NCBI GenBank assembly: GCA_963623195.1
Contig: CAVFKA010000010.1
Location: 398 to 64,397 of the forward strand
Source of the DNA: a bacterium
GTDB taxonomy: Bacteria > Bacillota_I > Bacilli_A > RFN20 > CAG-826
Length of the DNA: 64,000 bases
Reading direction: 5' to 3'
Shown here: positions 19,005-28,845 of the stretch, piece by piece
Position numbering within the stretch: position 1 is the first letter of the stretch
Layout: each line of letters begins with the position of its first letter
Notes under the pieces: generated by a model
Seen by the model: only the letters and a program-made list of their open reading frames with translations
What the model was told of the DNA's origin: nothing
Database searches by the model: none
Made by a program: the position numbers and the translations under genes

Positions 19005-20180
19005 ATGTCATTAAAAGCAGGAATAGTAGGCCTTCCAAATGTTGGCAAATCAACTCTATTCAACGCTATCACAAACTCACATGTTTTAGCTGAAAACTAC
19101 CCTTTTGCAACGATTGACCCAAATAGTGGAATCGTTGTCGTTCCAGATGAACGTTTGGATTATCTATGTTCAAAATACAATCCAAAGAAGAAAGTTAACG
19201 CTACATTCGAGTTCTATGATATCGCTGGTTTGGTTAAAGGTGCCTCAAAGGGCGAAGGCTTAGGCAATCAGTTTTTAGCCGCCATCAGAGAATGCGATGC
19301 GATAGTTGAAGTAGTTCGTTGTTTTGATAACGCAAACGTCGTTCGTTATAACGATGAACCAGTTAACCCAAAAGGAGATATCGAAATCATCAATCTCGAA
19401 TTGTCGATGTCCGATTTAGATTCCGTTAACAATCGTATCGGAAAACAAGAAAGCAAGGCAAGAATCACAAAAGATAAGACCGCTTTATATGAAATGCCAA
19501 TCTTGACAGCATTGAAAGAAACCCTTGAACAAGGCCTTCCAGCTCGTTTAGTCAAAGGACTTTCCTCTGAACAATTAGAATATGCAAAAAAGAATTTCTT
19601 CTTGTTAACACTTAAGCCAATCCTTTATGTTGCTAACGTCGCAGAAGATGATTACGGTTCACTTGATACATGTGCTAACTATCAAGAGGTCAAGGCTGTT
19701 GCAGATTCCGAAGGAGCGGTATGCATCCCTCTTTCATGCGGTATCGAATATGAGATTTCCCAACTTGAGAGCCAAGAAGAAAAACAAGAATTCTTGGAAA
19801 CGCTTGGCGTTAAGGAATCTGGTTTAGATCGTTTGGTTAAAGCCTCATACAAGCTCTTGAACTTATCAACATTCTTAACTTGTGGCGTTGATGAATGCCG
19901 CGCATGGACTTTCCGTAATGGCATGCTCGCCCCACAATGTGCCGGCGTTATTCATACTGATTTCGAAAAAGGATTCATCAAAGCTGATGTCTATCCATTC
20001 GACGAATTCAAAAAGATTGGTGAAACCATCACGAAAGATACCTTCATCGGAAATGGATCCGTTGGCGATAGAATCGAACAAATGGTTCGTGAAGCGGGTA
20101 AGATCCGTTCTGAAGGAAAAGAATATGTCATGAAAGACGGAGACGTCGTATTCTTCCGTTTTAATGTCACAAAGAAATAG
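19005..20180 (+). CDS. ychF: Ribosome-binding ATPase YchF
   Basis: GLPNVGKSTLFNA, the TGS-like C-terminus ..EGKEYVMKDGDVVFFRFNV. 391 aa, slightly longer than usual. Confidence 0.93.
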   Translation: MSLKAGIVGLPNVGKSTLFNAITNSHVLAENYPFATIDPNSGIVVVPDERLDYLCSKYNPKKKVNATFEFYDIAGLVKGASKGEGLGNQFLAAIRECDAIVEVVRCFDNANVVRYNDEPVNPKGDIEIINLELSMSDLDSVNNRIGKQESKARITKDKTALYEMPILTALKETLEQGLPARLVKGLSSEQLEYAKKNFFLLTLKPILYVANVAEDDYGSLDTCANYQEVKAVADSEGAVCIPLSCGIEYEISQLESQEEKQEFLETLGVKESGLDRLVKASYKLLNLSTFLTCGVDECRAWTFRNGMLAPQCAGVIHTDFEKGFIKADVYPFDEFKKIGETITKDTFIGNGSVGDRIEQMVREAGKIRSEGKEYVMKDGDVVFFRFNVTKK

Positions 20181-20184
20181 TTTT

Positions 20185-20658
20185 ATGAGAATTGGTTACG
20201 GAGAAGACATACATGTCCTTGTAAAAGGAAGAAAGCTGATTCTTGGCGGAGTTGATATCCCATTTGAATTTGGCTTAGACGGTCATTCTGATGCAGACGT
20301 TGTTTATCACGCTCTCTCAGATGCCTTACTTGGAAGCCTTGCCTTGGGGGACATCGGAAAATATTTTCCACCATCAGATGAATCAATAACCGGTATTGCT
20401 TCCAATATAATCGTCAAAACCTGTTTCCAAAAAATTAAAGATAAAGGATACAAGATCGGCAACGTGGATCTATCCATTGTTGCTGAAAAACCTCATCTAG
20501 CAAAATACATCGATGCAATGAGGGAAAATATTGCCTCTCTCTTAGAGACATCAATCGATAATGTCTCCGTCAAAGCGATGACAAATGAGAAGCTTGACGC
20601 CATAGGAGAGGGAAGGGCAATCAAAGCGATTGCCGTCGTATTAATCGAAAAGGAGTAA
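20185..20658 (+). CDS. ispF: 2-C-methyl-D-erythritol 2,4-cyclodiphosphate synthase
   Basis: MRIGYGEDIH..GHSDADVVYHALSDALLG..GDIGKYFP. The ATG at 20185 lies just after the ychF stop. Confidence 0.92.
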   Translation: MRIGYGEDIHVLVKGRKLILGGVDIPFEFGLDGHSDADVVYHALSDALLGSLALGDIGKYFPPSDESITGIASNIIVKTCFQKIKDKGYKIGNVDLSIVAEKPHLAKYIDAMRENIASLLETSIDNVSVKAMTNEKLDAIGEGRAIKAIAVVLIEKE

Positions 20659-20660
20659 TC

Positions 20661-22289
20661 ATGTCAAACGAAAAAGAATTACAAAACATTCTTGCTGAAG
20701 CAGCAAAAAAACTTGGCTTAGAAATCAGCCCAGAAGAAATCGTAATCGAAAGAAGCAAAGACGCATCCCATGGTGATTATGCGACTAACTTAGCCATGAA
20801 ATCAGCCAAGGCATTACATAAAGCGCCAAAGCAAATTGCCGAAGAACTCGTTAAAGAAATCTCTTCCGACAAGATCGAGAAAATAGAGATTGCGGGTCCA
20901 GGGTTCATCAATTTCTTTATGAATGCTGATTCCTTAAACGCTATCGTCAAAACCATCCTTGATGAAAAAGAACATTATGGTGATGGAGAGAAGAAAAACA
21001 TCAAGATCAATGTCGAATTTGTTTCGGCAAATCCTACAGGAGACCTTCATCTTGGCCACACAAGAGGTGCTGCATTAGGCGACTCAATTGCCAATCTTTA
21101 CGCTAAAGCAGGATACGACGTAACAAGAGAATATTACGTCAATGATTGCGGAAACCAAGTCGAACACTTAGGCCATTCAATCAGAGAAAGATATCATGAG
21201 CTTTATGGCGAAACCCCTAATTTTGCCGAAGATGATTATCACGGAATAGACTTGATCAAAATTGCCCAATCAATCAAAGATGAATATGGCGATAAATATT
21301 TAACCGATACACAAGAATCCCATGATTTCTTCATTCATTATGGAATTGAAAAAGAACTTGATAAAATCAGAAAAGACATGTCTGATTTCGATGTTCGTTT
21401 CGATAAATTCTCTTTTGAATCAGATATTCGTAAGGGAAGCACTATCGAAGATACGATTTCTTTCTTGAAAGATAAGGGATACGTATACGAAAAAGATGGT
21501 GCAACATATCTAAAAACAACTGAATTCTTAGATGATAAAGATAGGCCAATCATTAAGGCTGATGGCAAATACACTTATTTCATGCCTGATATCTGCTATC
21601 ACTACAATAAGTTAGATAGAGGCTATGATTTATTGATTGATTGCCTTGGAGCTGATCACTTTGGCTATCTCAATCGTATGAGAAGTGCATTGATGATGAA
21701 AGGATATTCAAGCGATGTCATCGACTTTGAAATCTATCAAATCGTTAAAGTTTTCAAGGATGGAGAAGAAGTAAAGATGTCTAAACGTACAGGTAAAGGC
21801 ATCACGCATAGAGAACTAATCGAAGAAGTTGGCAAGGATGCAGTCCGTTATTTCTTCTGCGAAAGAAGTTCTGACGCCCACCTTGATTTTGATATGAATT
21901 TAGCCACTTCCAAGAGCAAAGAGAATCCTGTTTATTATGCCCAATACGCATATGCAAGATGTTCTTCACTTCTTGAAATGGGTAAAGATATAGAGCTCGA
22001 TTATTCGGCAAAACGTCTTACTAACGAAAAAGAAGGAGATATTTTAAAGCAACTTTCCGTATTTCCTAGTATGATTAATACCGCAGCTATTGCAAGAGCG
22101 CCTTATAAGATTGCGGGCTACATTCATGATTTAGCCAAAATGGTTCATGAATATTACGCCGCAAATCGTATCATCGATAGAGATGATATCGAATTAACAT
22201 CTTCAAGACTCGCTCTCGTTAAAGCCTGTCAAATCGTCCTCAAAGATGCCTTAGCCCTGCTTGGGGTAAGCGCACCAGAAAAAATGTAA
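20661..22289 (+). CDS. argS: Arginine--tRNA ligase
   Basis: Class I HIGH variant (PTGDLHLGHTRG) and KMSKR (VKMSKRTGK). 542 aa. Confidence 0.95.
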   Translation: MSNEKELQNILAEAAKKLGLEISPEEIVIERSKDASHGDYATNLAMKSAKALHKAPKQIAEELVKEISSDKIEKIEIAGPGFINFFMNADSLNAIVKTILDEKEHYGDGEKKNIKINVEFVSANPTGDLHLGHTRGAALGDSIANLYAKAGYDVTREYYVNDCGNQVEHLGHSIRERYHELYGETPNFAEDDYHGIDLIKIAQSIKDEYGDKYLTDTQESHDFFIHYGIEKELDKIRKDMSDFDVRFDKFSFESDIRKGSTIEDTISFLKDKGYVYEKDGATYLKTTEFLDDKDRPIIKADGKYTYFMPDICYHYNKLDRGYDLLIDCLGADHFGYLNRMRSALMMKGYSSDVIDFEIYQIVKVFKDGEEVKMSKRTGKGITHRELIEEVGKDAVRYFFCERSSDAHLDFDMNLATSKSKENPVYYAQYAYARCSSLLEMGKDIELDYSAKRLTNEKEGDILKQLSVFPSMINTAAIARAPYKIAGYIHDLAKMVHEYYAANRIIDRDDIELTSSRLALVKACQIVLKDALALLGVSAPEKM

Positions 22290-22310
22290 ACATATAAAAG
22301 GAGAAAATAT

Positions 22311-22769
22311 ATGGACAAAAAAAGCATGATCGACGTCGCATATGATGTCATTGAACAAGGCGCGAAAGCATACACCTTCAAAGAACTTTATGATGAAGTT
22401 GCAGCAATCTTAGAAATGGATGACGCCACCAAAACAAGAAACATCGGTATCTTCTATACTCAATTGACAATTGATGGTCGTTTACTTTCTTTAGGAAATA
22501 ACACATGGGATTTAAAAATCAGACACTCCTATGCCGCTTACCACGATGATTCAAGCAATCTCGCTTATTCTCAAATGGATGAAGAAAGCGCCAACAAGGA
22601 AGAAGAAGACAAAGAAGAAGATGATGAATACAACGCTTCAGTTGAAGGCAAAGAAGAACCAATCATTGCCGAAAAAGAAGCAGGCGAATCCGAAGATAAT
22701 TCAAGTGATTCAGAAGATGGCGAAGAAGAAGGCAATATCGACACTTCCGATCTTCTCAAATCTATCTAA
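22311..22769 (+). CDS. rpoE: DNA-directed RNA polymerase delta subunit
   Basis: N-terminal HARE-HTH-like domain (SMIDVAYDVIEQ....FKELYDEV...) followed by a long acidic D/E tail. Confidence 0.85.
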   Translation: MDKKSMIDVAYDVIEQGAKAYTFKELYDEVAAILEMDDATKTRNIGIFYTQLTIDGRLLSLGNNTWDLKIRHSYAAYHDDSSNLAYSQMDEESANKEEEDKEEDDEYNASVEGKEEPIIAEKEAGESEDNSSDSEDGEEEGNIDTSDLLKSI

Positions 22770-22784
22770 TTCAAAATTAGAATC

Positions 22785-22820
22785 AAAAAAGAGACATCCA
22801 GCGATGTCTCTTTTATTTTT
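22785..22820. terminator. Bidirectional terminator between rpoE and the convergent gene
   Basis: A6-GAGACATC-CAGC-GATGTCTC-TTTTATTTTT. Confidence 0.8.
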
Positions 22821-22832
22821 AACGATGATTGA

Positions 22833-23369
22833 TTATTTTGTTTCTTCTTTTCTTAAGAAATATTTGTCATGAGCCTTAATAACGCGAACTTCTTTGGCGT
22901 CTTTGTCTAAAGAGATGATAGAAACTGGTCTTTCATATTCATTGACGACTTCTTTGTCATCGACCTTTTCGGTGAGCTTTAAGGTAACCATATTGCTATC
23001 TTCGTGTTTGACTTCATCGACATAGAAGAACTTTGGAAGTTCCTTATCTTTATCTTTTGGGGAAATCACTAAGATAGAGGAGAAAGGATAATCGCTATTC
23101 TTGATATCGCCATAAACTTCGATATGGTTTTCATCGATCATTTTGCCTTTCTTGCTTCCTGAACCCATTCCGAATGTCGCTCCTTCTTGGAAGACTTCGA
23201 ATTCGATGTCAGTCGTATCTTCGTATGTTTTCTCTAATTTTGATTCGCGTGATGAATCAGAGATGTTCTTACCGATGTTTTTGAAGAATTTTTTGAAACC
23301 ATTCTCCTTTTTCTCTTCGGCCTTTCCTTCTTTTGCATCAACGACTTCGGCTTCAACTTTTTCTGCCAT
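22833..23369 (-). CDS. Hypothetical protein (178 aa, K/E-rich N-terminus)
   Basis: Long ORF with terminator and promoter-like flanks. I recognise no family. Confidence 0.5.
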   Translation of the reverse strand: MAEKVEAEVVDAKEGKAEEKKENGFKKFFKNIGKNISDSSRESKLEKTYEDTTDIEFEVFQEGATFGMGSGSKKGKMIDENHIEVYGDIKNSDYPFSSILVISPKDKDKELPKFFYVDEVKHEDSNMVTLKLTEKVDDKEVVNEYERPVSIISLDKDAKEVRVIKAHDKYFLRKEETK

Positions 23370-23468
23370 ATATATGTCTCCTTTTTGATCGTTACAATTG
23401 TAACTTCATTATTTTTTAAATCAATATTTAGGCACAAAAAATTAAAAGTTTTATATAATCTTTAAGTT

Positions 23469-24263
23469 ATGAAATTATTTGTCTTTGATGTAGATGGAAC
23501 ACTTGTATATAACGGTGGGGAAATATCCAAGGAAAACATCGAGGAGATTCAAAACAAACTAGATGAAGGAAACGCTATAGCGATAGCGTCAGGAAGACCC
23601 TTTGTCGGAATTGATATTTACCTATCCAAGTTTGTCGGAGAACATAGATATTCTTTAGGTGCTAACGGATCTATCATTCAAGATTCAAAAGGAGAAGTCC
23701 TAAATGTCAATGGCTTACTTCTAAAAGACCTTTTTGAGATAAGAGAAAAATACAAAGATATTGTTGAGCCATATGGCGGAGCAATCTATGCCTATGATAA
23801 AGATGGCAATGTTCTATGTTTCTTTGAATCTAGATGGACAGACGACGAAATTAAATACAATAAAGTGAAAATTAATGTAATCGATGAACATCCAGATATG
23901 AATGAAACGATTCTCAAGGTAATGATTGCGGCCTCACCAAATGTCTTGGCTAAATTGTCTTTCAAGGAAGATAAAGAAAAATACAACATCGTTTTATCTG
24001 ATCCAAAATATCTTGAATTCGTAAATAAAGACGCGGATAAAAGCACGGCCATAGAAACCTTAATTGGTCTTTTAGGAATCGATAAAGAAGACGTATACAC
24101 TTTTGGCGATCAAGAAAACGATGCTAGGATGATAAAGAATTACAATGGAATTGCGATGGGGAATGCAATAGAATTATGCAAGGCTAACGCTAAATTTGTA
24201 ACGTTGGATGTCAAAGATAACGGAATTGCTTACGCAATCAGAGAATATATAGATAAGGAATAA
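23469..24263 (+). CDS. HAD-IIB (Cof-type) phosphatase
   Basis: FVFDVDGTL, ..ASGRP.., GDQENDARM. Confidence 0.8.
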   Translation: MKLFVFDVDGTLVYNGGEISKENIEEIQNKLDEGNAIAIASGRPFVGIDIYLSKFVGEHRYSLGANGSIIQDSKGEVLNVNGLLLKDLFEIREKYKDIVEPYGGAIYAYDKDGNVLCFFESRWTDDEIKYNKVKINVIDEHPDMNETILKVMIAASPNVLAKLSFKEDKEKYNIVLSDPKYLEFVNKDADKSTAIETLIGLLGIDKEDVYTFGDQENDARMIKNYNGIAMGNAIELCKANAKFVTLDVKDNGIAYAIREYIDKE

Positions 24264-24274
24264 GAGGTAATAAT

Positions 24275-25057
24275 ATGTACGAACATGAAGTTGAAATGAT
24301 GATTAAGGCCGCAAAAGAAGCCCAAAAATGGATTTTAGAAGTCTACCATACCGATTTTGAAGTAATCACGAAAGAGGATGAATCCCCTGTCACTAATGCC
24401 GATAAGGGAGCCGATAAAATGATTAGAGACATTCTTTCTAAAGAATTCCCTGAATATGGCTTCTTAACTGAAGAGAGTATTGATACGCCAGAAAGGTTGA
24501 AAAAAGAATTTATCTTTGTCGTCGATCCAGTTGACGGAACGAAAGAATTCGTTTCAAGAAACGGCCAATTCACCACAAATATCGCTTTGGTTAGAAACCA
24601 TGAAGTTGTCGCAGGCGTTATCAACATTCCTGTTCTCGATATGGTTTATTATGCATCAAAAGGAAATGGCTCATACAAGATTTCTTCGGATGGAACAAAA
24701 ACGAGAATTCATGTTTCTGATAGAAACGAAAATCTCCGTGCGGTCCGCTCCGTTTCATTCTTCAATGAAAAGGAAAAGGCCATATACGATAAGCATCCAG
24801 AACTTTATTGTTCAATAAATCCATTAGGGGCCGCAATGAAATTCTGCCACATCGCTGATGGACAAGCCGACATTTCATATCGTTGTTCAGGCAACACGAA
24901 AGAATGGGATGTTGCAGCCGGAGATATCATTCTTACTGAAGCTGGTGGCATAATGCTCGTTCCACCTAGCATGGAAGTAATGAAATATAACCGCGAAGAC
25001 GTCTATAACCGTAATGGTTATGTGACCGCAAATAAAAAAGAGAACATTCATTATTAA
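24275..25057 (+). CDS. Inositol monophosphatase / CysQ-family phosphatase
   Basis: Motifs LTEES, VVDPVDGTKEF and WDVAAG. Confidence 0.8.
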   Translation: MYEHEVEMMIKAAKEAQKWILEVYHTDFEVITKEDESPVTNADKGADKMIRDILSKEFPEYGFLTEESIDTPERLKKEFIFVVDPVDGTKEFVSRNGQFTTNIALVRNHEVVAGVINIPVLDMVYYASKGNGSYKISSDGTKTRIHVSDRNENLRAVRSVSFFNEKEKAIYDKHPELYCSINPLGAAMKFCHIADGQADISYRCSGNTKEWDVAAGDIILTEAGGIMLVPPSMEVMKYNREDVYNRNGYVTANKKENIHY

Positions 25058-25070
25058 AAAAAGCAGTCGA

Positions 25071-25391
25071 TTAGTTCGACTGTTTTTCTTCTTCTGGTTG
25101 ATTATGTTCTTTGCCTTTTCTATCAAGATATGCGTTCATTACATCTTCCGGAACGTTCATTGAAGCATCACATCTAATGACACCAGGAACTTCCTCCATG
25201 AGAATAATCTCAACGCCTTGAGAGATATCCGCGTCAGCGTAGAGGCAACCATTACATGCTCCCACCATTCTTAGATATACAACGCCTTCTTTGAAACCAA
25301 TGAATTCGATGTCTCCGCCTTCTCTTTGTAAGAATGGGCGAACCTTATCTAAGACTTGTTCTATTTGTTTTTCAATTTGTTCATCTGCCAT
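25071..25391 (-). CDS. NifU C-terminal-domain (Nfu-type) Fe-S assembly protein
   Basis: VRPFLQREGGDIEF..V.LRMVGACNGC. The ATG at 25391 is preferred over the TTG at 25400. Confidence 0.8.
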   Translation of the reverse strand: MADEQIEKQIEQVLDKVRPFLQREGGDIEFIGFKEGVVYLRMVGACNGCLYADADISQGVEIILMEEVPGVIRCDASMNVPEDVMNAYLDRKGKEHNQPEEEKQSN

Positions 25392-25453
25392 AGCGTTCAA
25401 TATTGTAGTTTCAAAGTTTAATTATCGCAATAATTATGCTTATAATTATTTTA

Positions 25454-25834
25454 ATGGAAAAGAAAATTTCTCTAGCAAAAAGAACGATCCTTGAGGCAAT
25501 ACTCACTTTAGAGGAAGAAGGATATAAAGTCACTTCGAATGGTTTGTGCCTAATTTTGATAGGCGATAAGAAGGTTGGAGAACTATCGGCTTCGAAAGCT
25601 TTTGGATATCTTCCATCGCTTGCCTCAAAGAAATTGAAGAATAGAATACATTACTTAATCAACCTCGATTATATAAATCTTGATTACGATTCTTCGCTTG
25701 ATGTGCATTTCTTAACATTATCAGATAAATGTTTTGATTTAGATTTAAAACCATTGAAGAAGAAGTCGTTAAAGAGGGATAAAGAAGAAATATATTTCAT
25801 CTACAAAGATGAGTTTCTTGCCAAAAAGAAATAG
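25454..25834 (+). CDS. Hypothetical protein, possibly RQC-like winged helix
   Basis: RTILEAILTLEEEGYKVTSNGLCLILIGDKK..FGYL..KKLKNRIHYLINLDYI loosely recalls the RecQ RQC winged helix. This is weak. Confidence 0.35.
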   Translation: MEKKISLAKRTILEAILTLEEEGYKVTSNGLCLILIGDKKVGELSASKAFGYLPSLASKKLKNRIHYLINLDYINLDYDSSLDVHFLTLSDKCFDLDLKPLKKKSLKRDKEEIYFIYKDEFLAKKK

Positions 25835-26067
25835 GTGACATTTTTCTTCTCATCCCAAAGAAGCAATCCCATGTCACCCATCCCTTCACTAAATTTAGGG
25901 TGAAATAATAATATAAGTTGATATGACATTATGTCAAGATAAATATAATTTTTCTCTTTATAAAAAATTTTTAAAAAATGCTTGCGCAAATTTAGAAAAC
26001 GAGTATAATCGTTCTTCCTGACCTAAACAGGCCAGTGTATATAAAAATCAGAAAAGGAGGAAAACGT

Positions 26068-26202
26068 ATGATCGAAAAACATTACAAGAACTTACAGACC
26101 GCTTACGAAGATAAGCAACGCGACGATAATAAATTATCCGTTTTAGCGTCCTGTCTGTTTGATGATTATATCAACGCTGTTAATTCGTTTAACAACTTCT
26201 AA
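26068..26202 (+). CDS. Orphan small acidic peptide (44 aa)
   Basis: Not in the ORF track. AAAGGAGG lies 7-8 nt upstream of the ATG at 26068. A TTGCGC..TATAAT promoter-like element lies ~60 nt upstream and a terminator hairpin lies downstream. Translation: MIEKHYKNLQTAYEDKQRDDNKLSVLASCLFDDYINAVNSFNNF. Confidence 0.45.
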   Translation: MIEKHYKNLQTAYEDKQRDDNKLSVLASCLFDDYINAVNSFNNF

Positions 26203-26219
26203 TCATCAAGAAAAGTAAG

Positions 26220-26245
26220 AGTGGCTGATGCCGCTTTTTATTTTT
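26220..26245. terminator. Terminator hairpin shared by the small ORF and the convergent DUF1893 gene
   Basis: AGTGGC-TGAT-GCCGCT followed by TTTTTATTTTT. Confidence 0.55.
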
Positions 26246-26666
26246 CCCCAAGCTCCTTTAATCTATTGATGATTAAAGGCAACGCTTCTTCAGGGGTCTT
26301 TGCTTTGATTGTTGCAGTTTCAATCGGGCAAAGACCATTTTTATTATGATTTATTATATTATCAACGAGATTTTCGTAAGTTACCGGAATGTTATATTCA
26401 TTCAAAACTTCTAATGCAGGTTTAGAAATCGTATAACAAAATATTTCTTTGATTTTTAATCCTACATACAAAAGAGCGGCGCCTTTTCCGATGACTTTGT
26501 CTGCTGCGGAATACGAAGAAAGATCCTTTCCATACCTATTTAGCAAAGGATGGACTCCCCTTAAAGTGTCCTTTTGAGTATCGTTAGAAGAAACGAGGAC
26601 AAGAGTGTAATCTCCACTAGATAATATTTCTTTTGCTTTTTCTAAATTAGTCATACATTTTTCCAT
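26238..26666 (-). CDS. DUF1893 (TM1506-like) domain protein
   Basis: AADKVIGKGAALLYV...TISKPALEVL....IPV.Y..LV..I.N......CPIE pattern. The start is ambiguous (TTG 26678, ATG 26666 or ATG 26654) and overlaps the end of the M32 peptidase gene. Confidence 0.6.
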   Translation of the reverse strand: MEKCMTNLEKAKEILSSGDYTLVLVSSNDTQKDTLRGVHPLLNRYGKDLSSYSAADKVIGKGAALLYVGLKIKEIFCYTISKPALEVLNEYNIPVTYENLVDNIINHNKNGLCPIETATIKAKTPEEALPLIINRLKELGEK

Positions 26667-28143
26667 ATTTGTTTTCAAGATAATCGATGAATGGCTTGCT
26701 TGTTAATTCTTTTCCTGTGACCTTTTTGATCCAGTCGTTTGGCTCCATCCAGTCATAGCAGTAGTCATTTTCTGCAAGATATTCAAGAATCTGATCCATC
26801 TTGTTTTCAGAGATGAGTTTTCTTACGTTTATGTCTTGCTCCATCTTCTCGAAAATCATAGCGCCATAAAGGTTCCCTAAGAGATATGAAGGGAAATAGC
26901 CAATCTCGTTGTCTGACCAGTGGATATCTTGCATGCATCCTTCGGAATCGTTTGGAACATCGACATTGAGATATTCTTTGTATTTCTTGTTCCAAATTGC
27001 AGGAACATCTTCGCATTCGATAACGCCATTTATCAAATCTCTTTCTATTTCATAACGAATGATGATATGCAAAGAGTATGTTAGCTCATCAGAATCGCAA
27101 CGGTTTGGAATAGGCTCGACGTGGTTGATCAAATGATAGAAGTCATTCGTGGACATTTTTTCAAAATCTGGATCAAGATTCTTTGCACATAATTTCTTAA
27201 AGGTAGGCATGAATTCAAGGGATCTAGCGATGATATTTTCATATAGTCTTGAATGAGTCTCGCAAATGGCGGCCGTTCCAACACCTTCGAGATAGTTATC
27301 ATACATTTCTTGCGGCTTATTTTGGAATTCAAGGGCGTGACCTGCTTCATGTATCTCTGAATAAGCGGCGGCTCTCCAGTCTTCAACCTTATATTCAGTC
27401 GTTATTCTTGTGTCATATTGAGAAATATCAATAGTGAAAGGATGCATGGATTCTCTTAAACACCCTTGTTCCATATCGTATCTCTCCCATTCTAAAAGAT
27501 CGTATGCCAAATGACGTTGTAGATCTATTGAGTAGGGTTTTAGCGGGGGAATTTGCGTTTTTGATTGCTTTTCTAAAACTTTTGGCAAAAGATTTTTGAT
27601 GCATTCTTTGACTGGCTCAAAAATAATATCAAGCTGTTTGCTTCTTTCACCTGGCTCATATGCGTCTAAAGCGGCATCATAAGGGGTTTCCATATCGCCG
27701 CTCATCATTAATTTATTAATTTTACGGGCGTTTTTGATACATTCTTTCCAATATGGAAGCCATTTGTCATATTCGCTTGTTGGCTTATATTTACGCCACA
27801 TTTCATTGGATTTATAGAAAGATTTCTTTGCGGAGACGTATTCTTCGATCGGCATCTTTTTTAGAAGTTCGACGTCACGTGAGAGGCTTTTTGCCAACCT
27901 TTCTTCTTCCTTTGAAATATCTTTCTTTTCTAGAAGGGCGTTCAATTTGCTAACGAAATCAGTAGATGAGAAAATCTTAGCAACATTTTCATCAAGCTCG
28001 CTTGTTAATTCCGATTCTAATTCAAGTGATTTAGTTGGGCATGAAGTCGATAAGTCGAAACCAATGATGGCGCCTAAAAACCTATCGTGTCTTATTTTTT
28101 GTAAATAAGGCTCTAATTCAAGAAATTCTTTTGAGTGATTCAT
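26647..28143 (-). CDS. Carboxypeptidase Taq-type metallopeptidase (M32 family)
   Basis: HEAGHALEF zinc motif, IRYEIERDLI and DIHWSDNEIGYFPSYLLGN. 498 aa. Confidence 0.85.
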   Translation of the reverse strand: MNHSKEFLELEPYLQKIRHDRFLGAIIGFDLSTSCPTKSLELESELTSELDENVAKIFSSTDFVSKLNALLEKKDISKEEERLAKSLSRDVELLKKMPIEEYVSAKKSFYKSNEMWRKYKPTSEYDKWLPYWKECIKNARKINKLMMSGDMETPYDAALDAYEPGERSKQLDIIFEPVKECIKNLLPKVLEKQSKTQIPPLKPYSIDLQRHLAYDLLEWERYDMEQGCLRESMHPFTIDISQYDTRITTEYKVEDWRAAAYSEIHEAGHALEFQNKPQEMYDNYLEGVGTAAICETHSRLYENIIARSLEFMPTFKKLCAKNLDPDFEKMSTNDFYHLINHVEPIPNRCDSDELTYSLHIIIRYEIERDLINGVIECEDVPAIWNKKYKEYLNVDVPNDSEGCMQDIHWSDNEIGYFPSYLLGNLYGAMIFEKMEQDINVRKLISENKMDQILEYLAENDYCYDWMEPNDWIKKVTGKELTSKPFIDYLENKYGKMYD

Positions 28144-28206
28144 AACGATACCTCTAATTTTTGTAATAACAAAAAGAATTATAGATATTGTTTGAATGAA
28201 AGTCCA

Positions 28207-28845
28207 TTAACGTAATCTAGTATCGTGTATACCTAAAATGGACGGAACGATTTCGAAAACATGAGCGATTGCAAATAGATAGCAGAAGATGCCAACTATA
28301 TCAGAGGACATCTCAATTCCTTTTGCAATTCCATATAAACCAAGAGATAAAGCGAAGCAGATGGAGATGATATAAGAGTAAATGATCGAATTATAGGAAG
28401 TCTTTTGCTTATAAGTTTCTATGGCTAAAATGATTGCAAAAGGTAAACCGATCAACGATATCGCTGCACTCACGATCATCATGATATATGTGAGATTGAA
28501 TTCAACTTCGTTTTCGATTATTGGCTTGATGATATAAGACAAGAAGAAAAAGAACGTTATCGTCAGTAAAACCCCCATGAAAATGCTTTGCAAATGATCG
28601 TTTTCTTTCTTTTTGCTTAGAATATTCACTAATAGGAAAATTCCAAAAATCATCACTAAAAACGAGATGATTGACGTAAAGAGCAAACCTTTTGAGCCAT
28701 AAGAAATCGATAAACCATATCCATCATCGTAATATGAGTGAATTGCGGTGATAATATAACCAGTAAGAGAGAAGGCGAAGGCTAACATTGCGCTTAAAAT
28801 GAAACATATTGGTCTCAATAAAATATATTTTTGGTTTTGCATCAT
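28207..28845 (-). CDS. Polytopic membrane protein, unknown function (212 aa, ~6 TM)
   Basis: Hydrophobic throughout. Its ATG overlaps the thiT stop (ATGA), so it is co-transcribed behind the TPP riboswitch. Confidence 0.6.
   Translation of the reverse strand: MMQNQKYILLRPICFILSAMLAFAFSLTGYIITAIHSYYDDGYGLSISYGSKGLLFTSIISFLVMIFGIFLLVNILSKKKENDHLQSIFMGVLLTITFFFFLSYIIKPIIENEVEFNLTYIMMIVSAAISLIGLPFAIILAIETYKQKTSYNSIIYSYIISICFALSLGLYGIAKGIEMSSDIVGIFCYLFAIAHVFEIVPSILGIHDTRLR

Noticed and set aside
20659-20661. Possible T-box leader for argS.
   Set aside because: argS starts 3 nt after the ispF stop, so there is no room for a leader.
22531-22872. A 113-aa Lys-rich ORF and a 62-aa Ser-rich antisense ORF across the 3' end of rpoE.
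   Set aside because: They are alternative-frame readings of the GAA/GAT-rich acidic tail of the delta subunit, a compositional artefact.
25801-25989. A 62-aa minus-strand ORF in the spacer before the 44-aa peptide gene.
   Set aside because: It has no RBS, spans hairpin and palindrome sequence and overlaps the end of the upstream gene, so it is judged non-coding.
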